DNA of 63,785 nucleotides, filler included, from Octopus bimaculoides (Eukaryota): assembly GCF_001194135.2 (NCBI RefSeq). It is 6 parts of 6 records of this genome, joined end to end, with 100 filler letters (N's around TTAATTAATTAA, not from the genome) between each part and the next. Parts side by side here need not be neighbours in the genome. Positions count along the whole stretch, not along the records: positions 10,463 to 28,285 come from NC_068990.1; 5 more parts are not named here. One strand, 5' to 3'. Every line of letters starts with the position of its first letter. The stretch's first letter is position 1. Both the position numbers and the translations under genes were made by a program. The notes below the pieces were generated by a model. The model was not told where the DNA came from and did no database searches. It was given only the letters and a program-made list of their open reading frames with translations. Below, in pieces: positions 12,653 through 25,292 of this stretch.

Positions 12653-14110
12653 CTAAAGTGAGTGAGATCCTTGTGCTTTATGCCTGCTACTGAGAGATTT
12701 TATATTAGGCACCAATTTACTCAGCTTTAGTCTTAAATCTCCTTGTTTAGTGATATCCAGTCGATTTCTTTTCTTCAATAACAAATCATTTACAGTATTA
12801 AAGCCACATTCAGCTAAATATGAAGATGGGAACGGTAACAACAATTTTCTTGCAAAGTTGGTTAAATTTGGGTATTTGGTTTCTGTCTCATCACAAAGCC
12901 ATGACAACAGTCCTTTTATATTGAATAAAGTTTTCACTGACTCATCATTTTGCCTTTTCGAGAGTTCCTCTTGGTACTGTATCGAAACGTCAGATATATC
13001 CACTAGCATTCGCTGCATCACCTATGTTGGAAAATCAATTTATTTTAAATCAAAAAATATTTCATTCAAATCAGAAGCCAATATTTTCTGATGATACACA
13101 ATGACAAGTACAGCAGAATCGGTCATCTCACATTTTTTTTTACCCAATGAAACTAGTCAAAACTTTTGTCAAAAATATTTTTTTGATATGCCTTAATGAA
13201 TGCAATAAAGCCAAATATCTCCTTTGCACCAATAAGAGTTTTATTTGATACTTGAAGTTGTTTATTTAGCATATTCAGTTTTTCAAAGATATCCGTTTAA
13301 TAACTCACAAATGCTTTACCATCAACGGTTAGCAGATGCTTCATTTCAGGCTCGTCGCTTAAAAAGTCACTAACAACATCAAATAGTTCCATAAATCTTT
13401 TCAAGCAATTCCCCTTTGAGAGCCACCGTACCTTAGTATGAGATAAAATCTCAATCTGCATTTTCCTTTTCACAAAACTGCTTGAAAAGACGCTCACATT
13501 TGGCATTACCTTTGATAGCATTAGTACATTTTATAACTGATTTTAGTACCTCATTGAGAACAGGAGAAATATTTTCGAATACTAAGTTCTCTCTATGTAT
13601 AACACAGTGCACAAGAAGTATTTCTGGGTTCTCATCTTTCATATATTTTGAGCAGCATTTTTCTTGCCCGTCATAACAGGAGCATCATCTGCAGCACAAG
13701 ATGTTATTTTCTCTCTTGGTATATTGTTGATATCCAAGTAATTTTTTAGCTTATCATATATGTCAGTGGCGGCAGTGGTGGATTCTAATGATTCGCAGAA
13801 TATGATTTCTTCAGCAAATTCACCTTTATCAATATATCTTGCATAGGTTAGCTATACGACCTCGCTGTCTCTTCGAGTTGATTCATCCATTTGCAATGAG
13901 AATTTTTGGGAATTCAGCTTTTCAACAAGTTGTGTTTCAATATCTTCACTCATTTCATCTATTCTTCTACCAACACTATTGTTACTGAGTGGCATGGCTT
14001 GAACTTTGTTATATTTTTCCAAGACTGTTTTAAAAAATGTTGATATTGATAGTTTAATTAAATTCTCTCCAATAGTATGATTTTTTCAACATTTAGCACC
14101 ACATTTTTCT
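12653..14110 (-). mobile_element. hAT transposase remnant, Buster/Charlie (ZBED5/SCAND3-like) type
   Basis: Motifs QMDEST, CAADDAPVM, HCVIHRENL (CxxH), VRWLSKG, FPSSYLAECGF and the C-terminal LRLKLS...AQGSH, in the expected order with several frameshifts and stops. TIRs not confidently located. Confidence 0.9.
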
Positions 14111-14973
14111 TTAAGATTTTTGTCGTCAGAGATAAAAGAGTGACTACTTTTAGACACAAGTCTGTCTCCAGTTTATTTCTCCATAGGGAATTAAGAGGGC
14201 ATTGCTTTCAGTACTGACCAACTGACCAGTTCTATAGTACAAACACGCACGTACGCACGCCCCCACCCACACACTTACACACAAACTCTCTCTCCCTCTC
14301 ATACACAAACATACGCTTTTGTAATTACCTACATGTAATTTACCTACCACTAAATCGAAGGAAATAATCTATTCCTTCTTTAGTGACATCAGATTTTTGA
14401 AGATGATGAAAACAACCTATTGTCTCTAAAGTGTCCAAAATTTCATAAAATTTTCCACAGAAGGAATGTAAAGAATTTTTTTTTAATAACCCATTCTCGA
14501 ATTGACTCTATTGGTATTGTAAACATTGTGTACAAAAGGTATATATTCAACATAAACCTAGACATGCCTCGCCAAATATTACCATGCTCCTCCAAAACAT
14601 AACCATGTCCCATCGGTGGAGCATGTGCCCGGAAACGTATTTTTATATATTTTTTGCGTCCATATAAATACATAGAATAAATTTGTTTTTTACTGCTAAT
14701 TTTCATATCGTCCAGTCATCCAACTTGTAACGAAAATTACACCGTTATATTTTGAAAATCAGACAGCCAATCAAATTTAAGTACCTATTCATTGAATTGA
14801 ATTATATTACATTATATTACATATACAATCCCAATTTTAATTCAGTATTTATCACAGCTGTCCGACGAATGGGAACGTAAAACTGAATAACAATTTTGTG
14901 AGAATTTTGCAGCTTTAATAAAAGTATGTATGTGTGTGTGTGTGTGTGTGTGTGTGCGTACACAGAGATGGAA

Positions 14974-15037
<64 letters not shown>

Positions 15038-15279
15038 AAATTTTGAGGCATTTTCAACTTTTTTGAATATTTTCCTTATATATGTACATATAGATTATTT
15101 GCAAACAACTTACAGGTGCAAGTGTTACCAGTTGAAAGCTCCGCATATTGGACTCTAGCAGGCTTATAGAGCCATCATGAAAGAATGCATGCCCTTTCGG
15201 GACCTTTCTGTCAATAGTATTATTGCGCACTGGCGCCCTCACTAAGCTAAGGTGCCGCTTGCTTGATCAACTGATTACT

Positions 15280-15664
15280 TGTTGTTGTTGGCACTCCGTC
15301 GCTTACGACGTCGAGGGTACCAGTTGATCCAATCAACGGAACAGCCTGCTCGTGAAATTAACGTGCAAGTGGCTGAGCACTCCACAGACACATGTACCCT
15401 TAACGTAGTTCTCGGGGATATTCAGCGTGACAGTGTGACAAGGCTGGCCCTTTGAAATACAGGTACAACAGAAACAGGAAGAAAGAGTGAGAGAAAGTTG
15501 TGGTGAAAGAGTACAGCGGGGTTCGCCCCCCCCCCTGCCGGAGCCTCGTGGAGCTTTAGGTGTTTTCGCTCAATAAACACTCACAACGCCCGGTCTGGGA
15601 ATCGAAACCGCGATCCTATGACCGCGAGTCCGCTGCCCTAACCACTGGGCCATTGCGCCTCCAC
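15280..15664 (-). mobile_element. Full-length SINE family A (about 385 bp)
   Basis: Complete head, body and (CAA)n tail. 12-bp TSD CAACTGATTACT at 15268-15279 and 15665-15676. Confidence 0.95.
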
Positions 15665-17270
15665 CAACTGATTACTAGACTTGAATCAATATTCGTTTAG
15701 CCATTGCTCATCGTTTCATTTTAACCAAATCCTTTGCCTTGCCTTCTCCACTGTAACGTTGAGAACACTCATGATGATAATTGCTTTACAATGACTTAGG
15801 CCTAGTCACAACAAATATTCCTACACTTTGTTTCCAATAAATCCTCTATTTTGGTATAAAAATTGAAATTTCTTAAGTTGATAAACCGCTGTCAAGTGTA
15901 GAATTCGACGTTTCCCCTTACTGTCCTGGTTTCTTGTGTACCGTTACTACCTCACAGTATATAATTGAAAGAGATAAGAACTGAAAGCTGTTCAGTAGAG
16001 CTCTCATGGAGAGAGTATTGATTTGCGGGGAAATAGTCTTACAAGAATTACTGTTACGATGAAGTATATAGAGAGCAGAAACAATAAAACAGGAACAAAC
16101 AGTGAATAAAGTCCGGAGAGAACAGTGGTGAGGAAGGTAAATATAATTGCGTGGTGTTAGATTCATATGAAAAATATTCTCATTTTGACAAATATTTCAG
16201 GTTATTGATTCTCATTTCGGTTCAGAAATGTATATATCATAAACATACACAGATATAATGCATTTGATTAATCGTGATCATATTTTACCTTGTTTCCTTT
16301 TATATNNNNNNNNNNNNNNNNNNNNNNNNNNNNNNNNNNNNNNNNNNNNNNNNNNNNNNNNNNNNNNNNNNNNNNNNNNNNNNNNNNNNNNNNNNNNNNN
16401 NNNNNNNNNNNNNNNNNNNNNNNNNNNNNNNNNNNNNNNNNNNNNNNNNNNNNNNNNNNNNNNNNNNTAGAGAGAGAGAGAGAGAGAGAGAGAGAATGTT
16501 ACTATTTCTGTAAAAACGTTTCCACAGTTTTAAGTCTCCGTTTCTTTATTTCAATGAATCTTGATTTCTTTTATTATACAGTCAGCTAACCTGAATATTG
16601 GCAGTAATATTGCTATTCTGCATGCATTTCACGATATTGTTTGATGCAAGAGGAAATCGCTGAGCCTGTTTATTATTTTATTCTTGCTTTTGCTTTGTTC
16701 ATTTTTTTTACATCAGATATGTTTTCCTCATTACCGAAGTATTTGTATCGTTATTGACTAGTATATAAAATATGAACATTTATTATGAAAAAATTTACTT
16801 TCCTTGCCACATGAAAATAGTTTATAATCATATCAAGGTGTTTCTTGGTTTCATTAATATTATTCACATTATATTTCCCTGCATGAATAAAGAAACTGTT
16901 GCTTTGATTGACTTACTTTACTGTTCTAAAGCTATGCATATGAAAATTCGATTTTTGCGATAGCAGTGAGAGTATTAGATGCCTTACCAGATAAGATCAA
17001 GGGAAGGCTAACTTATTGAATAGTTTATAGAAGTAGATTATGTTCGTTGCAGAGTATGTCACTGTACTCTTTGTGTTCAGTTGGCAAGACGATAAGGTTT
17101 ATCTCAATATATCAGTATTTCAATTACGGATATCGTGATTTTAAATGTAATCAACCAATCTTACAATTATGAAGTTTCTCTTGCGTTGCATGTGACACAA
17201 AGTACAGCTAATTTGCAACAAATTTTTTCTCTTTGCTATCAGTAATTATTTTGTTACATTGATAATGGTC

Positions 17271-17328
17271 CTGGATAAATTGCTTCCATACTTGAGATGC
17301 TGGACAAATTGCTTCCATACTTGGGATG
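17271..17328. repeat. 29-bp tandem duplication
   Basis: CTGGATAAATTGCTTCCATACTTGAGATG followed by CTGGACAAATTGCTTCCATACTTGGGATG. Confidence 0.85.
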
Positions 17329-17599
17329 CATAAATATGATCTCGGATACATAATAGGGTCTTCAGTTTATTTTGTTTTTACTAAAAGGTAAGAGAGGGAG
17401 AAGAAACATACTTCTTCATCCACATTAAAACACGCTTTCTAATCTGTCGCTGGACGAGAAAGAGCAGTTACAGCCGAATTCAGACGTGTTGAATGGTCGT
17501 TGTTTTTAAAATAAAGATAAAATAAAAACAAACGGATTTTTCTCCTTGGTACGAAAATGATGTAAGGCGAGCGAGATAGATGAAGTCTACTTTATTAGC

Positions 17600-18995
17600 T
17601 ACTGTGATCAATACAAAACAAGTGTTTTCCTCCCAGTCACCATCCACGCGGGGATTGTACCTTTCTGGACACACTCATTCAATTGGGCTGCTAGTCTTTC
17701 ATGTACCACGTGGAATCTCTTCAGCCAGAGCCATGAATCCTATCTGGTCTTGGGGCTTTCCAGTTAGACACTTTACCCACTTTCACATCATTCGTGCTTA
17801 TGACAATATTCCTTTGTTTCTTTCCCTCCTTGTAATTCTGTCTTGATAGTTCCTATCCACATTGCATCTCTTTTATATACCACATTGCTTCTCTATAATC
17901 CACTCCAGAACTCCTTGGCTTGATTTGCATTAGGAGCAACATTTTCCCCATTATCTCCTTCTAACGTTCGGAAGAATTGCTTTGGGTTATTTATGAACCA
18001 TCTGTTCTCCTCGAACTGCTTATTTCTGTTCACAAATTTCCTGATTTTCTGGCTTTTTGCCACGATCTTCTGTTTTAACTGCTCTATTACTGCATCAAAC
18101 CCGTTCTTCTGTAATTTATATTTCTTTAATATTTCTCGGCCGGTCTTTTTCCCATTTTTCCAGATCTAGGAAAAATTGAGTAATGGTTAAAAGGATCTCT
18201 TAACCATTGCCCATTTTTTCCTAGAAATTGCCTTGCCCGCATTTTGTCATTTCCAATGCGTCGTTTCCACCATGGTTCTTTCGCTCCGCCATTTTTTGTT
18301 CTCGTAAGTTGTAATTTCTCCTCAACAAGTAGTGCAATAGCGTGGAGAAGGTTCCTTGTTTGTGTTATATCCTCCTCTGGATGTATGGTATGACAGTATT
18401 TATCTTTTGTAAGGCGGTGAGCTGGCAGAAACGTTAACACGCCATGCGAAATGCTTAGCAGTACTTCGTCTGTCTTTACGTTCTGAGTTCTGAATTTAAT
18501 TTCCATCGAGGTCGACTTTGCCTTCCATCCTTTCGGGGTCAATAAATTAAGCGTACTGGGGTTGACTGGCACCCCGCTCCACGAAAATTTCAGGCCTTGT
18601 ACCTAGAGTAGAAAAGTATTTATCTTTTGTGTCACTTTATCTGTCATACTCTTATCTACCTTTCTCATATTCATAGTTTTTTTTCTTCTGGAGCATTCAT
18701 GAAGTCGGTGAGTTGTCTTTGAATTTCAAGCAGTTCATTGTCTAGTTGGTTCATTTCCCCAGCATAGCCACCCACCACAGTATCAGGGTTCACCGTATAA
18801 CGTTCCTGTTTCTCATCCTTAAAAGCCCCATCACCATTCCCTTGTTCCTCCTCTCTACTCTTCTCTCTGCTTTCAACTCCTACCTCTCTGTTTTCAACTC
18901 CGACCATACTTTATAGCCCTTCTTCAGGGACGCTCAGACTCTCACTAATCCGAGATAATTCTACTCCAGTTAAGTAACCCTTTCTTCTCAAGGGA
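17600..18995 (-). mobile_element. R4/Dong-like (RLE-type) non-LTR retrotransposon fragment, N-terminal region up to the start of RT
   Basis: Manual translation gives LRRKGYLTGVEL, EPWWKRRI, EQLKQKIVAKSQKIRKFVNRNKQFEENRWF and NWKAPRPDRIHG-WLKRFHVVHERLAAQLNECVQKGTIPAWMVTGR, motifs typical of R4-clade ORFs. Frameshifted. Confidence 0.8.
18411..18614 (+). mobile_element. SINE family B inserted in the R4/Dong fragment
   Basis: Family B head and body. 16-bp TSD AGTATTTATCTTTTGT at 18395-18410 and 18615-18630. Confidence 0.9.
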
Positions 18996-18999
18996 GTCG

Positions 19000-20830
19000 G
19001 AAAATCGCAAAACATGGATCAGTGTTCAAATGTTGCTTTCGCAGTTGCACCACTAGTAATTTCACCCGTTGCAGATAAGAGGTCGGGCAAAAGTTCACCT
19101 CGCTCTTGGTCTCAAACATAGTCGATAACACTGGTCAACAGTAGTCAACGTCACTTACTATATTTCAGGCTGTTACTCATACAATGCATTGCTCCAGGAG
19201 ATTACTCAACGCTGTGAGTCGTAGCGTTGTATTGCTGCTAAGGAGGGGCTCGATCAATGTGGCTAAATAAACAATTTTTGGCGCATAACTCTGCTGAACA
19301 CATATCATTATAAGATTTTGGCCAAGGTGTTAGCCAAGAAGTTGGTGATTGTCGTCAATAAGCTGGTCGGTGACGCGCCTACATGAGCTATCCCGAACAG
19401 ATCTATCCACAACAACTTCCACCTCACAAGCTACATCATAGTGAGGGTAGAGAAGGAACCTGGTATGTGTGGAGCCCTAATCAATTTTGATCAATCAAAA
19501 GCTTTTGATAGGGTTGACCACCAAACGTTGGAGACTATTCTCACAGTAGCCGGTTTCGGTCTGGCTTTTAGAGACTGGATCATTGCCATGTACAGAGACA
19601 TCTGCGTCAGAATCATTTAGCACTGCCCCTTCGGTCCGTCAAGGAAGCCCACTCCCGCCCCTTTGTATGCACTGGCTCGCGAGTCATTTCTACGGAGGCT
19701 GGATGAGGGGATGAATTAGGCTGCGGAAAGTTCGTGTCAGCTTATGCAGACGGCGTCACGGTAACTGTCAAACCTCTCGGAAATCGAGGTGATGGGCACT
19801 ATCCTAAGTGTGCACGAAGCGGTGAAAGGAACAAAGATTAACCAGCAGTAGTCGATGGGCCTGTAGTTCGGCACCTAGAGAGGCAAGTCCATGTCGTCCG
19901 ACAGCGTTGTAGGGCGCTAGAGGGAAATAATGGTTCAATTGCTCTGGCTGGTTTGGTCCGGACCTCCAGGTGGACAAGAACTGGGGGGTGGGTAACGAGC
20001 AAAGTGATCAGTCTCACCCAGAAATGGACAGGGAGGAACCTGTCCATGAAGGGTTGGGTGAAGGTGGTGAATGCGTACATCGCCTCTGTCATCTGCTACC
20101 ACCTGACCATCGTCCTTTACTCTGCTTCGTGGATGATCAAGCTGGAGCGCTCGCTCATCCACTTTCTGCAAAAAGCCGTGTTCTGCTCGTCAGAGGATCT
20201 ACCAGCAGCTGCTGAGTAGAGAACTGGGCACACTGTGGCTAATGATGTGCATACATGCGCTGAGGCTGTGACATCTTCAGCATTTCTCTTAAGGTCACCG
20301 TTTGTTAGACAAGATTTTTCGCAGTTCGTCTCACTGACTAAGCCACAACCCTGGATCAGATGTAAACCAAGAAGGGCCGCTTTGTACTTGAAGTGTCAGC
20401 TAGCGCTCATAGTTTTCTGCCAGTCGGGCAATGCAGCCGGTGGGAGTTTCACATTGGAGTTCTGTAAGGGATTAGTGGTGGGCAAGATCGAAGATGCCCT
20501 CGTGGAAATTCTGGATGTCAGAAGGGATAAATTAGCTTGTCTTTTTCGGAGGACTTATGGGCCGGGGCGAATAGATAATTTCCAGAAATCCCTGGGCTAG
20601 CAGTGTTACCAGGGAGCTCTGCTTATTCGAGACAAGCTCTAGAAGCATAAAAATGCTGTGAGACGTATACGTCCGTGATGTGCGCAGGACGACGAAAGCG
20701 TTCTGCATGCATTCGTTCAGTGTCCGGACATTGCTGACTTGTGGAGCTTTGTCGAAGAGCTGTTGACGCGTGTACCTTACATGAATCATCTGGTTCCACC
20801 GCTTCAGTGAAAAATAGATCTTGATAACGG
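19000..20830 (+). mobile_element. Tx1/L1-clade LINE ORF2 remnant (RT and C-terminal Zn-finger region)
   Basis: Translation gives ITLLN-YKILAKVLA, GALINFDQSKAFDRVDH, SAYADGVTV (YADD site), RTSRWTR, VVNAYIASVICYHL and ESVLHAFVQCP. Many stops and frameshifts. Confidence 0.9.
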
Positions 20831-21075
20831 TTATACTTGGATGCAAAAGTTAGTTCGTTTTGTTCGTCGTATTCAAAGGTAGGAAGCTTGTCGAACACTT
20901 TTGAGGGGGTTAGATTTGCCTGCATAAGCTTAGAAGCTAAAACTGTTAAAAGATTCAATTGCTGCTTGCCACATTGTTTTTATATTTCTAAGGACTGTTA
21001 TTGCATGAGCAACAGGTTAATGAGATCTGCATTAATTTCCAGTTTCACTCGTCACCAAAATTAATATTATTACGA

Positions 21076-21640
21076 AGGCGGCGAGCTGGCAGGGTCGTTA
21101 GCAAAATGCTGAGCGGCATTTCATCCGTTTGCGCGTTCTGAGTTCAATTTTAGTCGAGGTCGACTTTACCTTTCATCCTTTCGGGGTCAATAAAATAAGT
21201 ACCAGTTGTGTACTAGGATCGATGTAATCGACTATCTTCCTTCCCCAAAATTTCAGGCCTTGTGTCTATAGTAGAACGGATTATTATTGGGGTGGCGAGC
21301 TGGCAGTACTGTTAGAACGCCTGGCACAATACGTTGCGATATTTCGTCCGTCTTTACGGACCTAGTTTATATGCCCGAGGTGAATTTTGCCTTTCACTGC
21401 TGGATTGATAACATAATGTATCAGTCATTTAGTGAGGTCAGAATAATCATCCAGATTTTAGTTTATGCGTATAAAACAATTGCGTGCTGAATGTGCAGAA
21501 TTGTAAGAAAACAAAATGCATCACTGTATCTGGTTACAGTTCTTTATGCTCTGAGTTCAAATGCAGCCGAAGTCAACTTTTCTTTTCATCCTTTGGATTC
21601 TATAAAATACAAGTCATATAATCGCCTACGTCAATCCAAA
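21076..21640 (+). mobile_element. Cluster of SINE family B copies and fragments
   Basis: Repeated GGCGAGCTGGCAG heads and GAGGTCGACTTT..CCTTTCATCC bodies. Boundaries approximate. Confidence 0.75.
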
Positions 21641-22156
21641 ACGCGTCACAAATTTGAATCTCAACTTATTTTATTACCCTGCGTTCGTAAGCGAAAGCCG
21701 TGTATTGTAACCACTGGTCTTTGTCTGTCTGTGTGTTTTCCAAAATTACTGGGAAAAAATGGTGTACCTATTCGCGTAGACACGTGCGGGAGCATATATA
21801 CATAAAAACATAAATAGATATGCGACGGTGTGTGTGTTTCGTTTTTTTACGAATTGATTTCTTAATTTCACCGGAGTATAAATACCTATAGTGGTGATAC
21901 TTAAAAGAAATAAATGAATAAAAATCTAACTTACAAATTTCCCGATAAGCAGTGGTCATATTATTTGTGTCCTACAACGTACTACATACAGTACATTTGA
22001 TTCACCTGCCATTATTGAAAGTCGTTGAAAACACTTAAATTCTATGCAATGTTTTCTATAATTATTTCATTTTGTTCAATTCTTTTTTGATATGACTCGA
22101 CTCTCGCTTGCGTGTGTATAGATCATGGGATACCTATGCGTGTACACACGTATGGG

Positions 22157-22191
<35 letters not shown>

Positions 22192-22857
22192 GCGACTCTA
22201 ATTTGCGAACAAAATTATCCCCGCGCATCGCCTCCAGATGCTTTTTAAAAATTTCGTGTCTAAATGAGTTATTGGTTAGTCTTTAGCTTCGATTATCCAA
22301 TGATTTTAAAAAAATCAAAATGAGTTATTTCTTTCTTCACATGTATAATACCTGTTTACAAAACGGGTGTTATATTCAATTAATATTTTCTTCTTTAAAA
22401 ACAAAATGGAAGGAATTCTATTGAATATTATTTTCTTTTCGTTTGACGTCAGTATTACTGGATGTTAACACCTCCGTCAGCTAATATTTTACAACACATT
22501 GGATTGACATTTTTACGTGCAGAACTAGTCTACAACGTAAGTAAATTTCATTAAGTTACCTTTTAATAAAAATAAACAAAGCAAAATTATCTGAACATTA
22601 TGTCAACATTTTGAGCCATTACGTTGGTTCGACTTGATTCAAATTAACGTCAGTAAAATGAGTTCGCCACCCCTTAGAGAAAGAAAACAAAACAAGCAAG
22701 TAACACAAAACAGAAGGAAATGAAGCGACGTCCTTCACGCTAGATGTAAATTTCGCAGACCCGGAAGACATTGATTTAAAACAGGGCGGCAGCGGTAGTA
22801 TGGATGACGATAACAAACTGACACACGCGCATGCGCGCGCGCGAACAAACACACGCA

Positions 22858-22913
<56 letters not shown>

Positions 22914-22923
22914 NNNNNNNNNN

Positions 22924-22956
<33 letters not shown>

Positions 22957-23094
22957 CTCTCTCTCTCACTTTCTCTCCTTTCTCTCACACACACACATAC
23001 AAAGTTCGCCGAGTGCGAAATAGAAGCATTTCTTCAAATTCTGCCAGTTTTGCATGAGTTATCTTTAACAGTGACTATGGAATGGAAAAGGTGA

Positions 23095-23370
23095 TCAAAC
23101 GTAGATCACTTGGAATGGAAGATGGGAAGGTGATTTCTGGTGTGATTCGTAAGGCAGACCATCCAAACCGGGTGAATTGCACCTCGTGCAGCCCACAAGG
23201 GACAATGAATTTCGGCTGAAGTTATTGGACTACCGCAGCGCTCAACGTCTGCCGTCGAAAGGTGCGACAAGCCGTTGAGGTAGGGACTGAAGTCCGATAC
23301 CATCTCTGATCCGCCACTCTCCCCACAAAACAACCGAGCGAAGTGCTGGCAAAATGCCTCACACATCTGC
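23095..23370 (-). mobile_element. Tx1/L1-type ORF2 fragment (linker before RT)
   Basis: CEAFCQHFARLF...PITSAEI followed by a degenerate GKSPGxDGLP-like segment. Confidence 0.7.
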
Positions 23371-23374
23371 CTGG

Positions 23375-23585
23375 CAAGAAAAGCCCTTGCATAGCAAATA
23401 TTGGGTTAAACTAAATAGAAAAGAAACAGACAAAGCAAAATCCCAACAATGACTGAGAAGCCCAGGACTCAAAGCAGAGACAGAAGGATTTTTAATTGCA
23501 GCACAAGATCAAAGCCTTCCCGCCAGATATTACCAAAAACATGTAATAAAAAGTAATACAACTAGTAACTACAGAATTCGCGCAT
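23375..23585 (+). mobile_element. R4/Dong-like fragment (post-RT region)
   Basis: LRSPGLKAETEGFLIAAQDQSLPARYYQKHVIK matches the ETEGF-AAQDQ motif of R4-clade elements. Confidence 0.75.
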
Positions 23586-23599
23586 TTTGTTGTCAGCTG

Positions 23600-24000
23600 A
23601 GATAGATGTCTGTTAAGAGGCTCACAAACAAGTCTGGTATCGAAGTATAAAGCTCGTAGGGCAGACCATGCAAACCCGGTGGTCTGCCTCTCCTGCAGCT
23701 CTTCATCGTTTCCTCTATCTCCGTAGCTGTTATCGGCCTTTGGCAGCACTCCGCCTCGCTCGCTGAGAGTCGTGGCAGGCCGTCCAGCTACACACCGAAG
23801 TCTGCCATGCTATCCGTCCAACCATTCGTCCCGAACAGTTGTTGAAAAGCCGCACACATCTGTTTCGGTTCCAACACCTCGCATCCGTTCTGGTCCACCA
23901 AAGACCGAATGATGGTTTTATTGCTACGTTTTGTCTCCACAACTCGGGCTCATCATGACGCTTCCGTTGCCTCCCTGCTCAGATTCAGTGCCTTAGCTCT
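23600..24000 (-). mobile_element. Second Tx1/L1-type ORF2 fragment (same protein region)
   Basis: LVDQNGCEVLEPKQMCAAFQQLF...PITATEIEETMKSCRRGRPPGLHGLPYELY. Confidence 0.75.
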
Positions 24001-24059
24001 AACAACGCAACCTTCATATTTGGCCTTGAAATAGTGGTCGAAAGCCAGCATATGAAAAA

Positions 24060-24435
24060 TACCTTTTAAAGTAAAAATTATAATTATAATTATAAATAAG
24101 GGCAAAACAAAAAAATTTTCTTTGCTAATGTGGAAAATGTGCCAATATGGTTAGACGATTCAGTGTCTATTTATCAGCATATTGCCTAAGAAAATTTTTT
24201 TTACCCTTATTTATAATTTATATATATATAAATATGGGAGAATTTACGAAAAAAACAACAGACGAAGACAGGTGGTGTAAACAACAAATGGATGTTTTAG
24301 TTTAACGCTCGGGAATAGAGAAAGTCTTTGACGTTTCGAGCCTATGCTCTTCAAATGAAAGGAACACAGAAAGAAATAAGGAGAGAAACAAGGAGGAAAA
24401 AATATAAATGTAGTGGTCAGCGATCTATCATGGGG
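24060..24435 (-). mobile_element. Penelope-like element terminus with short inverted repeat and degenerate hammerhead motif
   Basis: Minus strand reads TGAAGAGC-ATAG-GCTC-GAAAC-GTC (24330-24356). About 40-bp inverted arms at 24089-24130 and 24178-24217. PLE assignment is inference. Confidence 0.55.
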
Positions 24436-25223
24436 AANNNNNNNNNNNNNNNNNNNNNNNNNNNNNNNNNNNNNNNNNNNNNNNNNNNNNNNNNNNNNNN
24501 NNNNNNNNNNNNNNNNNNNNNNNNNNNNNNNNNNNNNNNNNNNNNNNNNNNNNNNNNNNNNNNNNNNNNNNNNNNNNNNNNNNNNNNNNNNNNNNNNNNN
24601 NNNNNNNNNNNNNNNNNNNNNNNNNNNNNNNNNNNNNNNNNNNNNNNNNNNNNNNNNNNNNNNNNNNNNNNNNNNNNNNNNNNNNNNNNNNNNNNNNNNN
24701 NNNNNNNNNNNNNNNNNNNNNNNNNNNNNNNNNNNNNNNNNNNNNNNNNNNNNNNNNNNNNNNNNNNNNNNNNNNNNNNNNNNNNNNNNNNNNNNNNNNN
24801 NNNNNNNNNNNNNNNNNNNNNNNNNNNNNNNNNNNNNNNNNNNNNNNNNNNNNNNNNNNNNNNNNNNNNNNNNNNNNNNNNNNNNNNNNNNNNNNNNNNN
24901 NNNNNNNNNNNNNNNNNNNNNNNNNNNNNNNNNNNNNNNNNNNNNNNNNNNNNNNNNNNNNNNNNNNNNNNNNNNNNNNNNNNNNNNNNNNNNNNNNNNN
25001 NNNNNNNNNNNNNNNNNNNNNNNNNNNNNNNNNNNNNNNNNNNNNNNNNNNNNNNNNNNNNNNNNNNNNNNNNNNNNNNNNNNNNNNNNNNNNNNNNNNN
25101 NNNNNNNNNNNNNNNNNNNNNNNNNNNNNNNNNNNNNNNNNNNNNNNNNNNNNNNNNNNNNNNNNNNNNNNNNNNNNNNNNNNNNNNNNNNNNNNNNNNN
25201 NNNNNNNNNNNNNNNNNNNNNNN

Positions 25224-25260
<37 letters not shown>

Positions 25261-25261
25261 G

Positions 25262-25292
<31 letters not shown>

